Origin: an uncultured Pseudomonadota bacterium | Lineage (GTDB): Bacteria > Pseudomonadota > Alphaproteobacteria > JACZXZ01 | Length of the DNA stretch: 64,000 nucleotides | NCBI GenBank assembly: GCA_963749075.1 | Contig: CAVVLJ010000002.1 | Span: 64,001 to 128,000 of the forward strand | Direction of reading: 5' to 3' | Part shown: one piece after another, positions 50,367-59,629 of the stretch | Layout of the letters: each line of letters starts with the position of its first letter | How positions within the stretch are numbered: position 1 is the stretch's first letter | Program-made: the position numbers and the translations under genes | Notes under the pieces: generated by a model | What the model saw: the letters and a program-made list of their open reading frames with translations, nothing else | Told to the model about the DNA's origin: nothing | Database searches by the model: none

Positions 50367-53293
50367 CCGTTTTCTTGGACCGCTGCGCGATCGCGAGCCA
50401 AGTTGAGTTCCAAAAGCCGCATGAGCACTTCGTCTTTACCGAGCTCCATAGGCCAGCCGTAAGCCGCAGCTACGGCCTCGTCCAATGCGCGGTGCGCATC
50501 TGCAAGCCACTGCGGACGGGCATTGTAGAGATTCGTGAGGGTGCGCTTACGTAGCTCCCGCTCCGCCTTCGGACCGAGCGGTATTTTCCGATCCGGAAGG
50601 CCCGGTACGACCTCCGGCTCGCTCCGCTGCGTATCCTCTGGATTGAGCCAGGTCTCCCGCAGCTCGTTCAGCCGCCGCGCAGCCGACGCGATTTTGGTCG
50701 CCCGCGGTTCGACAATGAAGCTCGCGGCCGGAATGTTGGGTGAAAGTCCTTCGGGGAACGGGAATGTTTCGAACGTCGTCGAAGGCGTGTATCGCGGCCG
50801 ATCCTCAAGGCTGGTCCCCATCCGCAACGACCATAGTTCGTGAAAACGAGAATGGAGTATCCCAAAGGTCGTATCGTCATCTCGGGCGCAAATGATAAGC
50901 TGGCTGTCTGGCATGATCGCGGCCGGCATCCACACGAAAAGGCGATGTTTCGCCACGCGTGGAGTCGCTATGTAGCGCGAGAGGCCCGCCAAGGCACGCC
51001 GCATCGAAACCCGTGGCTCGACGAACCGCCACCAATAAACTCTGTAAGCCTCGCGACGGTTCTTCTTGCGGTCGGGCCAAACCACCTTCTTCACATATTC
51101 GAATGGCGCCTCGTACAGCGACGCCTCGGCTTGGCTCATATCCGTTCCGAAATCGATAATCCATTTGCCCGCAGGCCAACGGGTATTATCCATGCCGTTG
51201 GCCCACGGTTTCACGACGTCAGCGTTGGGCCGGCCATTGGGGTTGAGCGGCAAGGCGAGCCATTCGCGAGCGAGTTGGCCGGGTATGTCGAAGCCGCCAC
51301 CTTTCGTGGTACCCATGAATGAGATGCCGCGATTCTCCGCCAGGCTGCAAGCCTTGGTCAAATCAAGGGCGTCTTCGCTCGCTTGTTTCTGCGCCGTCAG
51401 GTCGGAATAGATCTCCGCGACTTCAGCGCCGTCCAGTCTGGGTGGCTCTCCTGCGAGTTGGTCCTTGGGCGTAAAGCATATGAGCGACACGCGCACGGCT
51501 ACGCCCTTGATGACCCATTTCTCATCCGACCATGCCTCAAAGATGGTCGCGGTGTCGCGGATTCGGTCCAGCGTTCGCCGATTGGCGCCACCGCGTATCG
51601 AATTCGTTGCAACGAGCCCCGCGCGGCGGACGCGTCCGCCTTCCATCATGGCACGCGCCTTCTCGAACCAGTACACCACGAGGTCGGAATTGCGGGAGAC
51701 ACGTCCCTCGAAGGCCGTCCGTAGCCGAGTCACGTAATCCTCGCGTAGCGTTCCGATCATTCGCTTATTGCCGAGGAAAGGCGGATTTCCGATGATGAAG
51801 TCAGCCTCCGGCCAGGATGCCTCCCACGACCCCGAGCTCAGGATCGCATCGCGGCACTGGATGCCTTCGAGCACATCCAGAATCGGGCGGCGCCTCACTG
51901 CAATGCCGTTTCGCAATTGCCATTGAAGCTCGCCGATCCAGATCGTGACGCGCGCGAGCTCGGCGGCATATGGGTTGATCTCGATGCCCATAACAGCTTT
52001 CGGACCGATACGTTGGCCGTCGGCCGGCAGACCCATGGCCTGGGCTTCTTGGCTGACGGCAAGATCGAAATTCTTCAAGTGAAAGAGTGCCAGATAGAGG
52101 AAGTTTCCCGAGCCGCAAGCCGGGTCTAGAACGCGGATTTTCCCGAGGCGCTTGCGAAATTCGAGATATCGCTTCTCCCGCGCAGGCGCCTTGAGCTTCG
52201 CGATTTCACTTTTGAGCGCCGTCCATTCGTCGCGCAGGGGGCGCAGCACAACCGGCTCGATGATCTTCATGATCGTCGCCGGATCGGTGTAATGGACGCC
52301 GACCCCACGGTCGGCCGCGGCCTTCTTAAAGGGAAGCGTTGCAGTGAATCGGCTGTCGTCCTCCAAGGGCTCGTCGAAAAGGCTCGCCATCTCCTTACGG
52401 CGTTTGGGGTCGAGCCCGACCTCGAACAACGTGCCGTAGATGGAAGGCTCAATGGCCAACCAATCGAGACGAGCAGCCACTGCAAGCCTGCGAATGTCGA
52501 AAAATTTAAGGGGCAGAACGTCGTCGTCGTCGAAGAGGCCGCCATTGAACCAGGGTATCGGTGTTCTCCCAAATCGCCCCTTGTCCGAGCGCATCGCTGC
52601 GAAAAGCTCACGCAGCATGTCCGTGCAATCATCCGGTCTCTTGGTTGATGCCTCCACGATTTCGGCGAAGACACGGTCCGGCAGTAGCCCGATGTCCTCA
52701 ACGAACATGCTGAAAATGAGCTTATTGAGAAAATGCGCGATGCGCCGAGGATCGAAGCCGCGCGCGGCAAGTTGCTGGGCGATCGTGGCGAAGGCGCGCG
52801 CGGCTTCGGCCGTAACGGCTTCGCGCGTCTTGTTGGGGCGCAAATAATCTGGATTGGTAAATGCCCACTCGAGGAGCCGCACCTTCTCGGGACTCCGCAG
52901 GTCCGCGAGGCCGATTATGTGAGTTTGTACGATGGAATTTGTAAAATTCGTGTGGATACGAATTTCTTTCATGTCAGAAACGATCAGGATCGGGGGGTTC
53001 TCCAGCGCATCCGAATATTCCTTCAATTGGCTGTATGCCTTGACGAGACTCGATTTCTTTCCCTTGTACTCCCAGGCAAAGCATCCCTTCTTCCATACGT
53101 CAACGCGGCCAGGCCGTCCGTCGTTCTTCAGCAGCGATTTCTCGAAGGTGAAGCTCTTGCCGGTCGGGTCGGCCTTTGCCGGGGCTTCGACGCCGAGAAG
53201 TTCGCAGAGATCGAGGAAATGCTCTTTCGAGGCGGCCGACTCCGAAAGCTCGGCTTTGCCCCATTTCTCGATGAATTCCTGTGTCGTGATCAT
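50354..53293 (-). CDS. Type IIG (MmeI-like) restriction-modification enzyme / DNA adenine methyltransferase
   Basis: N-terminal nuclease-like VDVWKKGCFAWEYK; motif I LDPACGSGNF; motif IV GNPPF; C-terminal TLTNLYNARP. Confidence 0.9.
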   Translation of the reverse strand: MITTQEFIEKWGKAELSESAASKEHFLDLCELLGVEAPAKADPTGKSFTFEKSLLKNDGRPGRVDVWKKGCFAWEYKGKKSSLVKAYSQLKEYSDALENPPILIVSDMKEIRIHTNFTNSIVQTHIIGLADLRSPEKVRLLEWAFTNPDYLRPNKTREAVTAEAARAFATIAQQLAARGFDPRRIAHFLNKLIFSMFVEDIGLLPDRVFAEIVEASTKRPDDCTDMLRELFAAMRSDKGRFGRTPIPWFNGGLFDDDDVLPLKFFDIRRLAVAARLDWLAIEPSIYGTLFEVGLDPKRRKEMASLFDEPLEDDSRFTATLPFKKAAADRGVGVHYTDPATIMKIIEPVVLRPLRDEWTALKSEIAKLKAPAREKRYLEFRKRLGKIRVLDPACGSGNFLYLALFHLKNFDLAVSQEAQAMGLPADGQRIGPKAVMGIEINPYAAELARVTIWIGELQWQLRNGIAVRRRPILDVLEGIQCRDAILSSGSWEASWPEADFIIGNPPFLGNKRMIGTLREDYVTRLRTAFEGRVSRNSDLVVYWFEKARAMMEGGRVRRAGLVATNSIRGGANRRTLDRIRDTATIFEAWSDEKWVIKGVAVRVSLICFTPKDQLAGEPPRLDGAEVAEIYSDLTAQKQASEDALDLTKACSLAENRGISFMGTTKGGGFDIPGQLAREWLALPLNPNGRPNADVVKPWANGMDNTRWPAGKWIIDFGTDMSQAEASLYEAPFEYVKKVVWPDRKKNRREAYRVYWWRFVEPRVSMRRALAGLSRYIATPRVAKHRLFVWMPAAIMPDSQLIICARDDDTTFGILHSRFHELWSLRMGTSLEDRPRYTPSTTFETFPFPEGLSPNIPAASFIVEPRATKIASAARRLNELRETWLNPEDTQRSEPEVVPGLPDRKIPLGPKAERELRKRTLTNLYNARPQWLADAHRALDEAVAAAYGWPMELGKDEVLMRLLELNLARDRAAVQENGGAA

Positions 53294-53353
53294 ATGATTT
53301 GCGGAATGCGTCAGCGGGCGTGGCTGAGAAAGACACCCACGAACAAAAGGCCC

Positions 53354-53424
53354 GTCAGCGCGAGCTCCGCGATGTGGCGGGCATTGAGATAGGCGATGTG
53401 GATCGCTTGCATCACGCCGCTCCG
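53354..53424. repeat. 71-bp direct repeat, copy 2
   Basis: Contains the lyase stop (…GAA*) and the first ~21 codons of the cyclodeaminase gene. Confidence 0.95.
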
Positions 53425-54971
53425 AGGTGTTGCTGCACCACTTCCTTGAGCCGGCCGCCCGCGACGGCTGCGGCGAGCCGCTCGATGTCCGGCGCCAGGA
53501 TGCGGTCCTCGTCGAGCGTCGGCACTAGGGCGCGCACGGCGCCGTAGACGGCGGCCATGACGGCTCCGAGGGGCGCGGGCCGGAGGTCGAGCGCCTGCGC
53601 CGCCACCATGAGCTCTATCGCGGCGAGCCAGTGGAGGCGCCCCACGATCTCGGCGGTCTTCTCGACGACGCGCGGCGCCATGGTGGCATGGTCCTCGACG
53701 CGCTCGGCGGTGTTGATGACGCCCAGGGAAGCGGGCTGGGCGAGGGCGCGGATCTCGGCCTCAAGCGCCGCGAGCGGCTTCGCCACGGCGGCGAAGCCGG
53801 TGCGCGTCTGGCCGCGCGGCGAGAGGAAGCGGGGAAGCTCGCTGAAGGCGGGCGAGAGGAGCTTGAGCGTGCGCTCGGCGGAGAGTGCGGCCAAGTGGGC
53901 GAGGGCCTGGCCGAGGTGCTCGAAGGCGAGCGCCAATGCGGTCACGTCGAAGTTGGCGGTCGACAGCATGATGAATTCGTCGCTCAGCACGAGCGGGCTG
54001 TCGCCGGCGCCGTTGAGCTCGATCTCGACCGCGTGGCGCGCCTGGGCGAGGGCGTCGAGTACCGCACCGAGCACGGGTGCCGTGCAGCGCAGGCTCAAGG
54101 GGTCCTGGAGGCGGCGCGCCGCACCCGGCTGCCACAAGGCGCTGCCGGCTAGAAGGGCGGTGAGCCGCTCGCTTGCCGCCCGCTGGCCGGGAGCCTCGCG
54201 GGCCGCAACGGCGCGCGGATGGAGCGGGCTCAGATTGGCGCGGAAGCCCTCGAAGCTGAGCGCTGCGGCGACGGCGAGCGCCTCCACCGCCGCCTCCGCG
54301 TCGATCGCGGCAAGCGCTCCCGGGCCGACCGAGGCGGCATTTGCGCTGATCAGCGCCAGCCCGTCCTTGGCACCGAGGACGACGGGTGCCAGGCCCGCCC
54401 GCCGCAAGGCCTCGGCGCTCGGCAGGGTGTCGCCGCGGTACTCCGCCTCGCCCTCGCCGAGGAGCGTGAGTGCCACGTGCGCCAGCTGCGGCAGGTTGGC
54501 CATGCCGATCGAGCCCTTGCCCGGCACCCGCGGATGCACGCCGGCATTGACGAGGGCGATGAGTGCCTCGAGCACGTGGGGCGACACGCCGGAGCCGCCC
54601 GCCGCCATCCCCGCGGCGCGCGCCGCCATGACGGCGCGCACGGCCTCGCGCGCGAGCGGCGCTCCGAGCGCCACGCTGCGGCTCAGCACGAGCCGGCGCT
54701 GGGCGGCGGCCAGCTCGGCGAGCGGCAGGCGCGTATCCACGTTGGCGCCGAGGCCGGTGGTGAGGCCGTAGACGGGGGCGTCTTCGGCGGCGAGCCGGTC
54801 GACGACCGCCCGCGCCGCCTCGACGCGGGTGCGCGCGGCGCTGCCGAGGGCGAGCCCGGCGCCGCCCCGCGCCACCGCTGCTACGGCTTCGACGCCGAGT
54901 GCCTCCTCGCCGAGCCGCACGATGCCGGCATCCGAGCGGTGCTGCGCCGCGGCATCGAGACCGACCGTCAT
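53412..54971 (-). CDS. Aromatic amino-acid ammonia-lyase (HAL/PAL) family protein lacking the MIO-forming ASG
   Basis: VYGLTTGLG, AKDGLALI, LQDPLSLRC, VEDH; GSIGMANL in place of GSVGASGDL. Confidence 0.88.
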   Translation of the reverse strand: MTVGLDAAAQHRSDAGIVRLGEEALGVEAVAAVARGGAGLALGSAARTRVEAARAVVDRLAAEDAPVYGLTTGLGANVDTRLPLAELAAAQRRLVLSRSVALGAPLAREAVRAVMAARAAGMAAGGSGVSPHVLEALIALVNAGVHPRVPGKGSIGMANLPQLAHVALTLLGEGEAEYRGDTLPSAEALRRAGLAPVVLGAKDGLALISANAASVGPGALAAIDAEAAVEALAVAAALSFEGFRANLSPLHPRAVAAREAPGQRAASERLTALLAGSALWQPGAARRLQDPLSLRCTAPVLGAVLDALAQARHAVEIELNGAGDSPLVLSDEFIMLSTANFDVTALALAFEHLGQALAHLAALSAERTLKLLSPAFSELPRFLSPRGQTRTGFAAVAKPLAALEAEIRALAQPASLGVINTAERVEDHATMAPRVVEKTAEIVGRLHWLAAIELMVAAQALDLRPAPLGAVMAAVYGAVRALVPTLDEDRILAPDIERLAAAVAGGRLKEVVQQHLGAA

Positions 54972-55090
54972 GCCCCCGTCCCTCCCGCCGCTTGCGGTGC
55001 CAATGCATGTTGGACGGGCCATCGAGCCATGGTCAAGGCCGCTCTCTCGTGGTTTGATAGTGCTGCATGGGCGAATGAGAGGACGAACGG

Positions 55091-56560
55091 ATGCCTGACT
55101 ACGATCTCGTCGTGCGAGGCGGGACGCTGGCGACCGCGGCCGACGTGGTGCGCGCCGACATCGGCGTCAAGGACGGGCGCGTCGTGATGCTCGGGGAGAA
55201 GCTCGGCCGCGGCGTGCGCGAGATCGACGCGGGCGGCAAGCTCGTGCTCCCCGGCGGCATCGACAGCCACTGCCACATCGAGCAGAAGTCGTCCTTGGGC
55301 GTGATGACCGCCGACGATTTCTTCACCGGCACCCGCTCTGCAGCTTGCGGCGGCACCACCACGATCATCCCCTTCGCCGCCCAGCATCGCGGCATGTCGA
55401 TCCGCGAGGTCGTCAAGGACTACCACGCCGCGGCCGGGCCCAAGGCCGCCGTCGACTACGCCTTCCATCTCATCATCTCGGACCCGACCGAGCAGGTGCT
55501 CGGCCAGGAGCTGCCGGCGCTCATCCGCGACGGCTACACCTCGTTCAAGATCTACATGACCTATGACGCGCTCAAGCTCGACGACCGCCAGACGCTCGAG
55601 GTGCTGGCGCTGGCCCGGCGCGAGGGCGCCCTCGTCATGGTGCATGCCGAGAACCACGACATCATCGCCTGGCTTGCCGAGCGCCTCCTCGCCGCCGGCC
55701 TCGCGGCACCCAAGTTCCACGCCATAGCCCACGTCAAGACCGCCGAGCGCGAGGCCACCCACCGCGCCATCAGCCTGGCGGAGCTGATCGACGTGCCGGT
55801 CCTCATCGTGCACGTCTCGGCAGAGGAGGCGATCGAGCAGATCCGCTGGGCGCAGTCGCGCGGCCTCAAGGTCTATGGCGAGACCTGCCCGCAGTATCTT
55901 TTCCTCACCGAGGACGATCTCGACCGTCCCGGCTTCGAGGGGGCGAAATTCATGTGCAGCCCGCCGCCGCGCGACAAGGCGAACCAGGAGGCGGTGTGGC
56001 GCGGCCTGGCTGGCGGCGTCTTCCAGGTCTTCTCCTCGGACCACGCGGCCTACCGCTACAACGATCCCGAGGGCAAGATGAAGCACGGCAGCTCAGCACC
56101 CTTCAAGAAGGTGGCGAACGGCGTCCCCGGCCTCGAGGTGCGCCTGCCGCTCCTCTTCTCCGAAGGGGTGGGGAAGGGCCGCATCGAGCTCACCCAGTTC
56201 GTGGCACTCGCTGCGACGAACGCCGCGAAGCTCTACGGCATCTATCCGCAGAAGGGCACCATCGCGATAGGCTCGGACGCAGATTTCGCCATCTGGGATC
56301 CGGAGCGGGAAGTGACCATCAGCCAGGCGATGCTGCACGATGCCATGGACTACACGCCCTACGAGGGGATGACGGTCAAGGGCTGGCCGGTGACCACCAT
56401 CCTGCGCGGCGAGCCGGTCGCCGACGGCGGCGAGTTCCTGGGCTCAGCCGGCAAGGGCCGCTTCCTCAAATGCGGCCACTCGCCCGCGGCGCGCCCGCTT
56501 GGCCGTGCGGTCACGCGCTTCGATGCCGTCGCCGGCCGGCTCTCCGATGCGGACGGCTGA
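55091..56560 (+). CDS. hydA: Dihydropyrimidinase / D-hydantoinase
   Basis: PGGIDSHCH, GGTTT, SFKIYMTY, VHAEN, ETCPQYL, SSDHA. Confidence 0.92.
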   Translation: MPDYDLVVRGGTLATAADVVRADIGVKDGRVVMLGEKLGRGVREIDAGGKLVLPGGIDSHCHIEQKSSLGVMTADDFFTGTRSAACGGTTTIIPFAAQHRGMSIREVVKDYHAAAGPKAAVDYAFHLIISDPTEQVLGQELPALIRDGYTSFKIYMTYDALKLDDRQTLEVLALARREGALVMVHAENHDIIAWLAERLLAAGLAAPKFHAIAHVKTAEREATHRAISLAELIDVPVLIVHVSAEEAIEQIRWAQSRGLKVYGETCPQYLFLTEDDLDRPGFEGAKFMCSPPPRDKANQEAVWRGLAGGVFQVFSSDHAAYRYNDPEGKMKHGSSAPFKKVANGVPGLEVRLPLLFSEGVGKGRIELTQFVALAATNAAKLYGIYPQKGTIAIGSDADFAIWDPEREVTISQAMLHDAMDYTPYEGMTVKGWPVTTILRGEPVADGGEFLGSAGKGRFLKCGHSPAARPLGRAVTRFDAVAGRLSDADG

Positions 56561-56568
56561 AGAGAGAG

Positions 56569-56662
56569 ATTTAGCGCGGAGGACGCCGAGGATTAGCAGG
56601 GCGCGCGGTGGTATGATAATTACCGCGCCCTCCGCGAAACCTCGGCGTCGTCTGCGTTGAAT
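56569..56662. repeat. REP-like imperfect inverted repeat (family C)
   Basis: atttagcgcggaggacgccgagg ... cctcggcgtcgtctgcgttgaat, with inner gggcgcgcggt/accgcgccc. Confidence 0.55.
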
Positions 56663-56712
56663 GCTTGCAAACTGGAGCGGATCCGTGATGGCAATGCAGT
56701 GGAAATTGGACC

Positions 56713-57651
56713 ATGGCGCGTAAGCTCACGATCGGCGCTGCCCAGCTCGGCCCCATCGCGCGCGAGGAGAGCCGCCAGGCGGTGGTCAAGCGGCTCCTCG
56801 ATCTCTTGCACCAGGCCCATGCCCGCGGCTGCGAGCTCGTGGTCTATCCCGAGATGGCGCTCACCACCTTCTTCCCGCGCTGGTACATGACGGATGAGGC
56901 GGAGGTCGACGCCTTCTTCGAGCGCGAGATGCCGAACGCGGCGACGCGGCCGCTCTTCGAGGAGGCGCGCCGCCTCGGCATCGGCTTCTATCTTGGCTAT
57001 GCCGAGCTCGCGGAGGAGGGCGGCAGGAGGCGGCGCTTCAATACCTCGATCCTCGTCGGCCGCGACGGCAAGCTCGTCGGCAAATACCGCAAGATCCATC
57101 TCCCGGGCCACGCCGAGCACGAGCCCGCGCGCCCGTTCCAGCATCTCGAGAAGCGCTATTACGAGGTGGGCAACCTCGGCTGGCCGGTGTGGCGCGCCTT
57201 CGGCGGCGTCGTCGGCATGTGCATCTGCAACGACCGGCGCTGGCCCGAGACCTACCGCGTCATGGGCCTCCAGGGCGTCGAGCTCGTCATGCTCGGCTTC
57301 AACACGCCCGAGATCAACGCCGCGATCCCCGAGCCCTCGCACCACCGCATGCTGCACCACCTGCTCTCCATCCAGTCGGGCGCCTACCAGAACGGCACCT
57401 GGGTGGTCGCCGTCGCCAAGGCGGGGGTCGAGGAGGGCTGCATGCTGATCGGCGGCACCGCCGTGGTGTCGCCCGCGGGCGAGGTCGTGGCGCTCGCCTC
57501 GACGCTCGGCGACGAGCTCGTCGTCCACGACATCGACCTCGACGCCTGCCGGCCGATCAAGGACACGGTATTCAATTTCGCCAAGCACCGCCGGCCCGAG
57601 CACTATCGGCTCATCGTCGAGCGCACGGGAGCAGAGCCGCCGCCCGAGTGA
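56713..57651 (+). CDS. N-carbamoyl-D-amino-acid hydrolase (nitrilase superfamily)
   Basis: YPEMALTTFFPRW, YRKIHLPGH, ICNDRRWPE. Confidence 0.92.
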   Translation: MARKLTIGAAQLGPIAREESRQAVVKRLLDLLHQAHARGCELVVYPEMALTTFFPRWYMTDEAEVDAFFEREMPNAATRPLFEEARRLGIGFYLGYAELAEEGGRRRRFNTSILVGRDGKLVGKYRKIHLPGHAEHEPARPFQHLEKRYYEVGNLGWPVWRAFGGVVGMCICNDRRWPETYRVMGLQGVELVMLGFNTPEINAAIPEPSHHRMLHHLLSIQSGAYQNGTWVVAVAKAGVEEGCMLIGGTAVVSPAGEVVALASTLGDELVVHDIDLDACRPIKDTVFNFAKHRRPEHYRLIVERTGAEPPPE

Positions 57652-57657
57652 GGAGCC

Positions 57658-58299
57658 ATGGAATTCGATCTCTCGAGCCTGCCGAGCGCGGAGGCCTACG
57701 CCCTTCTCATCGGCGTCGTGGTGCCGCGGCCGATCGCCTTCGTGACGACGCTCGGTCCTGACGGCAAGGTGAACGCTGCCCCTTTCAGCTTCTTCAACAT
57801 GCTGTCCAACGATCCGGCGATCGTGGCCTTGGGCCTCGGTGCGCGGCCCGAGGGACCGCTCAAGGACACCGCGCGCAACATCGACGAGACGCAGGAATTC
57901 GTCGTCAACATGGTCGACGAGGAGATCGCGGAGGCCATGGTGCGCTGCGCCACCGACTTTCCTTTCGGCATGGAGGAGCTGACGATCGCCGGCCTCGACC
58001 CGGCGCCCTCGCGCATCGTGAAGCCGCCGCGCATCGCCCAATCCCCCATCAACCTCGAATGCACCCGCCACATGACGCTCGAGTTCGGCAAGCGGCGCAG
58101 CATCATCCTGGGCGAGGTGCGGCACCTCCACATCCGCGACGATCTCCTCGATGCCGGACGCCGCCGCGTGCGCCAGGAGCGCCTGCGCCTCGTGGCGCGC
58201 CTCGGCGGCCACGGCTATTGCCGCATGCGCGACCAGTTCGAGATCAGGCGCGAGAGCTACGCGAGCTGGCTCGCGCGCCAGCCGGCGACGGCGAAATGA
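57658..58299 (+). CDS. Flavin reductase family protein
   Basis: VVPRPIAFVTT, NAAPFSFFN, KDTARNI, RLGGHGY. Confidence 0.9.
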   Translation: MEFDLSSLPSAEAYALLIGVVVPRPIAFVTTLGPDGKVNAAPFSFFNMLSNDPAIVALGLGARPEGPLKDTARNIDETQEFVVNMVDEEIAEAMVRCATDFPFGMEELTIAGLDPAPSRIVKPPRIAQSPINLECTRHMTLEFGKRRSIILGEVRHLHIRDDLLDAGRRRVRQERLRLVARLGGHGYCRMRDQFEIRRESYASWLARQPATAK

Positions 58300-58319
58300 A
58301 TGCCGCGAGGAGGGAAGCG

Positions 58320-58988
58320 ATGACGGCGCGCATCCTGGTGATCAACCCCAACAGCACCGTGGCGGTGACGCGCGGCATCGACGAGGCGGTCGAGCCGCTG
58401 CGCCTCAAGGGCGGCCCACGCATCGATTGCGCGACGCTCGCCGAGGGGCCGCCGGGGATCGAGAGCCAGCGCCACGTCGAGGAGGTGACGCTGCCGCTCT
58501 GCCGCCTCGTCGAGCGCGAGGACAACGCGAGCGACGCCTTCGTCATCGCCTGCTTCTCCGATCCCGGCCTCCATGCCGTGCGCGAGGCGACCAAGCATCC
58601 CGTCTTCGGCATCTCGGCGGCGGGCATCTCTTTGGCGCTCAATCTCGGCGAGCGCATCGGCGTCATCGCCATCCTCAAGGCCTCGGTTCGCGCCACGCGC
58701 GCTATTTCCGCGCCATGGGGATCGCCGAGCGCATCGCCGGCGAGCGGCCGATAGGCCTCGGCGTCGTCGAGCTCGCCGACGAGGCCCGCACGCTTTCGGC
58801 GCATGCGCGAGGTGGGTGCTGAGCTGCGCGACGAGGACGGCGCCGACGTGCTGGTCATGGGCTGCGCCGGCATGGCGAAATTCCGAAGCCGCCTCGAGGA
58901 GACGCTCAAGATGCCGGTCGTCGAGCCGACCCAGGCGGCGGTCGGCATGGCGATTGCCGCCGTGCAGCTCGGCTACCGCACCGCCTGA
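58320..58988 (+). pseudogene. Asp/Glu/hydantoin racemase with two opposite frameshifts (or sequencing errors)
   Basis: INPNST and IACFSDPG in frame A; RHARYFRAMG in a shifted frame from ~58690; VMGCAGM back in frame A from ~58800. Confidence 0.8.
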
Positions 58989-58993
58989 GCCGT

Positions 58994-59127
58994 CCCTCAC
59001 CCGGCTCGCTCACGCTCGCCACCTTCTCCCGCAAGCGGGAGAGGGAATTCACGGCGCAAATCGGCCCCTCTCCCGCTTGCGGGAGAGGGAAGGGGCCCAT
59101 CGCGCAAGCGATGGGAAGGGTGAGGGA
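58994..59127. repeat. REP-like inverted doublet (family A)
   Basis: ccctcacccggctcgct...ctcccgcaagcgggagaggg and ccctctcccgcttgcgggagaggg...gggtgaggg. Confidence 0.8.
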
Positions 59128-59193
59128 CCGCTCCGCCCTCAATAAATCTCTGGCTTCGCGTTTCTTCGCTCGTCGTTATCAAAGGCTTGGGGT

Positions 59194-59214
59194 CTATATC
59201 ACTTTGTGACATAG
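59194..59214. promoter_or_regulatory. Palindromic operator of the second TA locus
   Basis: ctatatcac-ttt-gtgacatag (8/9 inverted match) just upstream of the toxin remnant. Confidence 0.6.
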
Positions 59215-59221
59215 AAGATGG

Positions 59222-59302
59222 ATGATCGTCTACAAGAGCAGGCCGTTCGATCGGGATGCGAGAAAGGGCGGCCGTCTGATCGAGGTCGAATGCGATGAGT
59301 AA
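59222..59302 (+). pseudogene. RelE-like toxin remnant with in-frame internal deletion (26 aa)
   Basis: MIVYKSRPFDRDARK-GGRLIEVECDE*; resembles the N- and C-termini of RelE-type toxins and overlaps the antitoxin start. Confidence 0.6.
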
Positions 59303-59597
59303 GATTCTGCGAGACGTGCACGAGGCGGCCCGCGACCTGTACGCCGCCGGAATGCTGCCCAAGACGACCATGCGTGAGTTTGACGCGCTCTGTCTCCATG
59401 TGGTGAAGAGCTACACGGCCAAGGGCATCAGGCGGATGCGCCGAAAGGCGCGCGTGAGCCAGGCTGTCTTCGCACATTTTCTGAACGTCGGAAAGACGAC
59501 TGTTCAGCAGTGGGAGCAAGGGCACAAGCGCCCGAATGGCGCCGCCCTCAAGTTGCTCGAGCTGGTCGACCGCAAAGGACTCGGTGTCCTGGCGTAA
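59295..59597 (+). CDS. XRE-HTH antitoxin (HigA-like)
   Basis: TMREFDALCL...SQAVFAHFLNV...QQWEQGHKRPNGAALKLL. Confidence 0.85.
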   Translation: MSKILRDVHEAARDLYAAGMLPKTTMREFDALCLHVVKSYTAKGIRRMRRKARVSQAVFAHFLNVGKTTVQQWEQGHKRPNGAALKLLELVDRKGLGVLA

Positions 59598-59629
59598 TTG
59601 CCGAATGTACGCACGTCCCTGCGCCGCCC

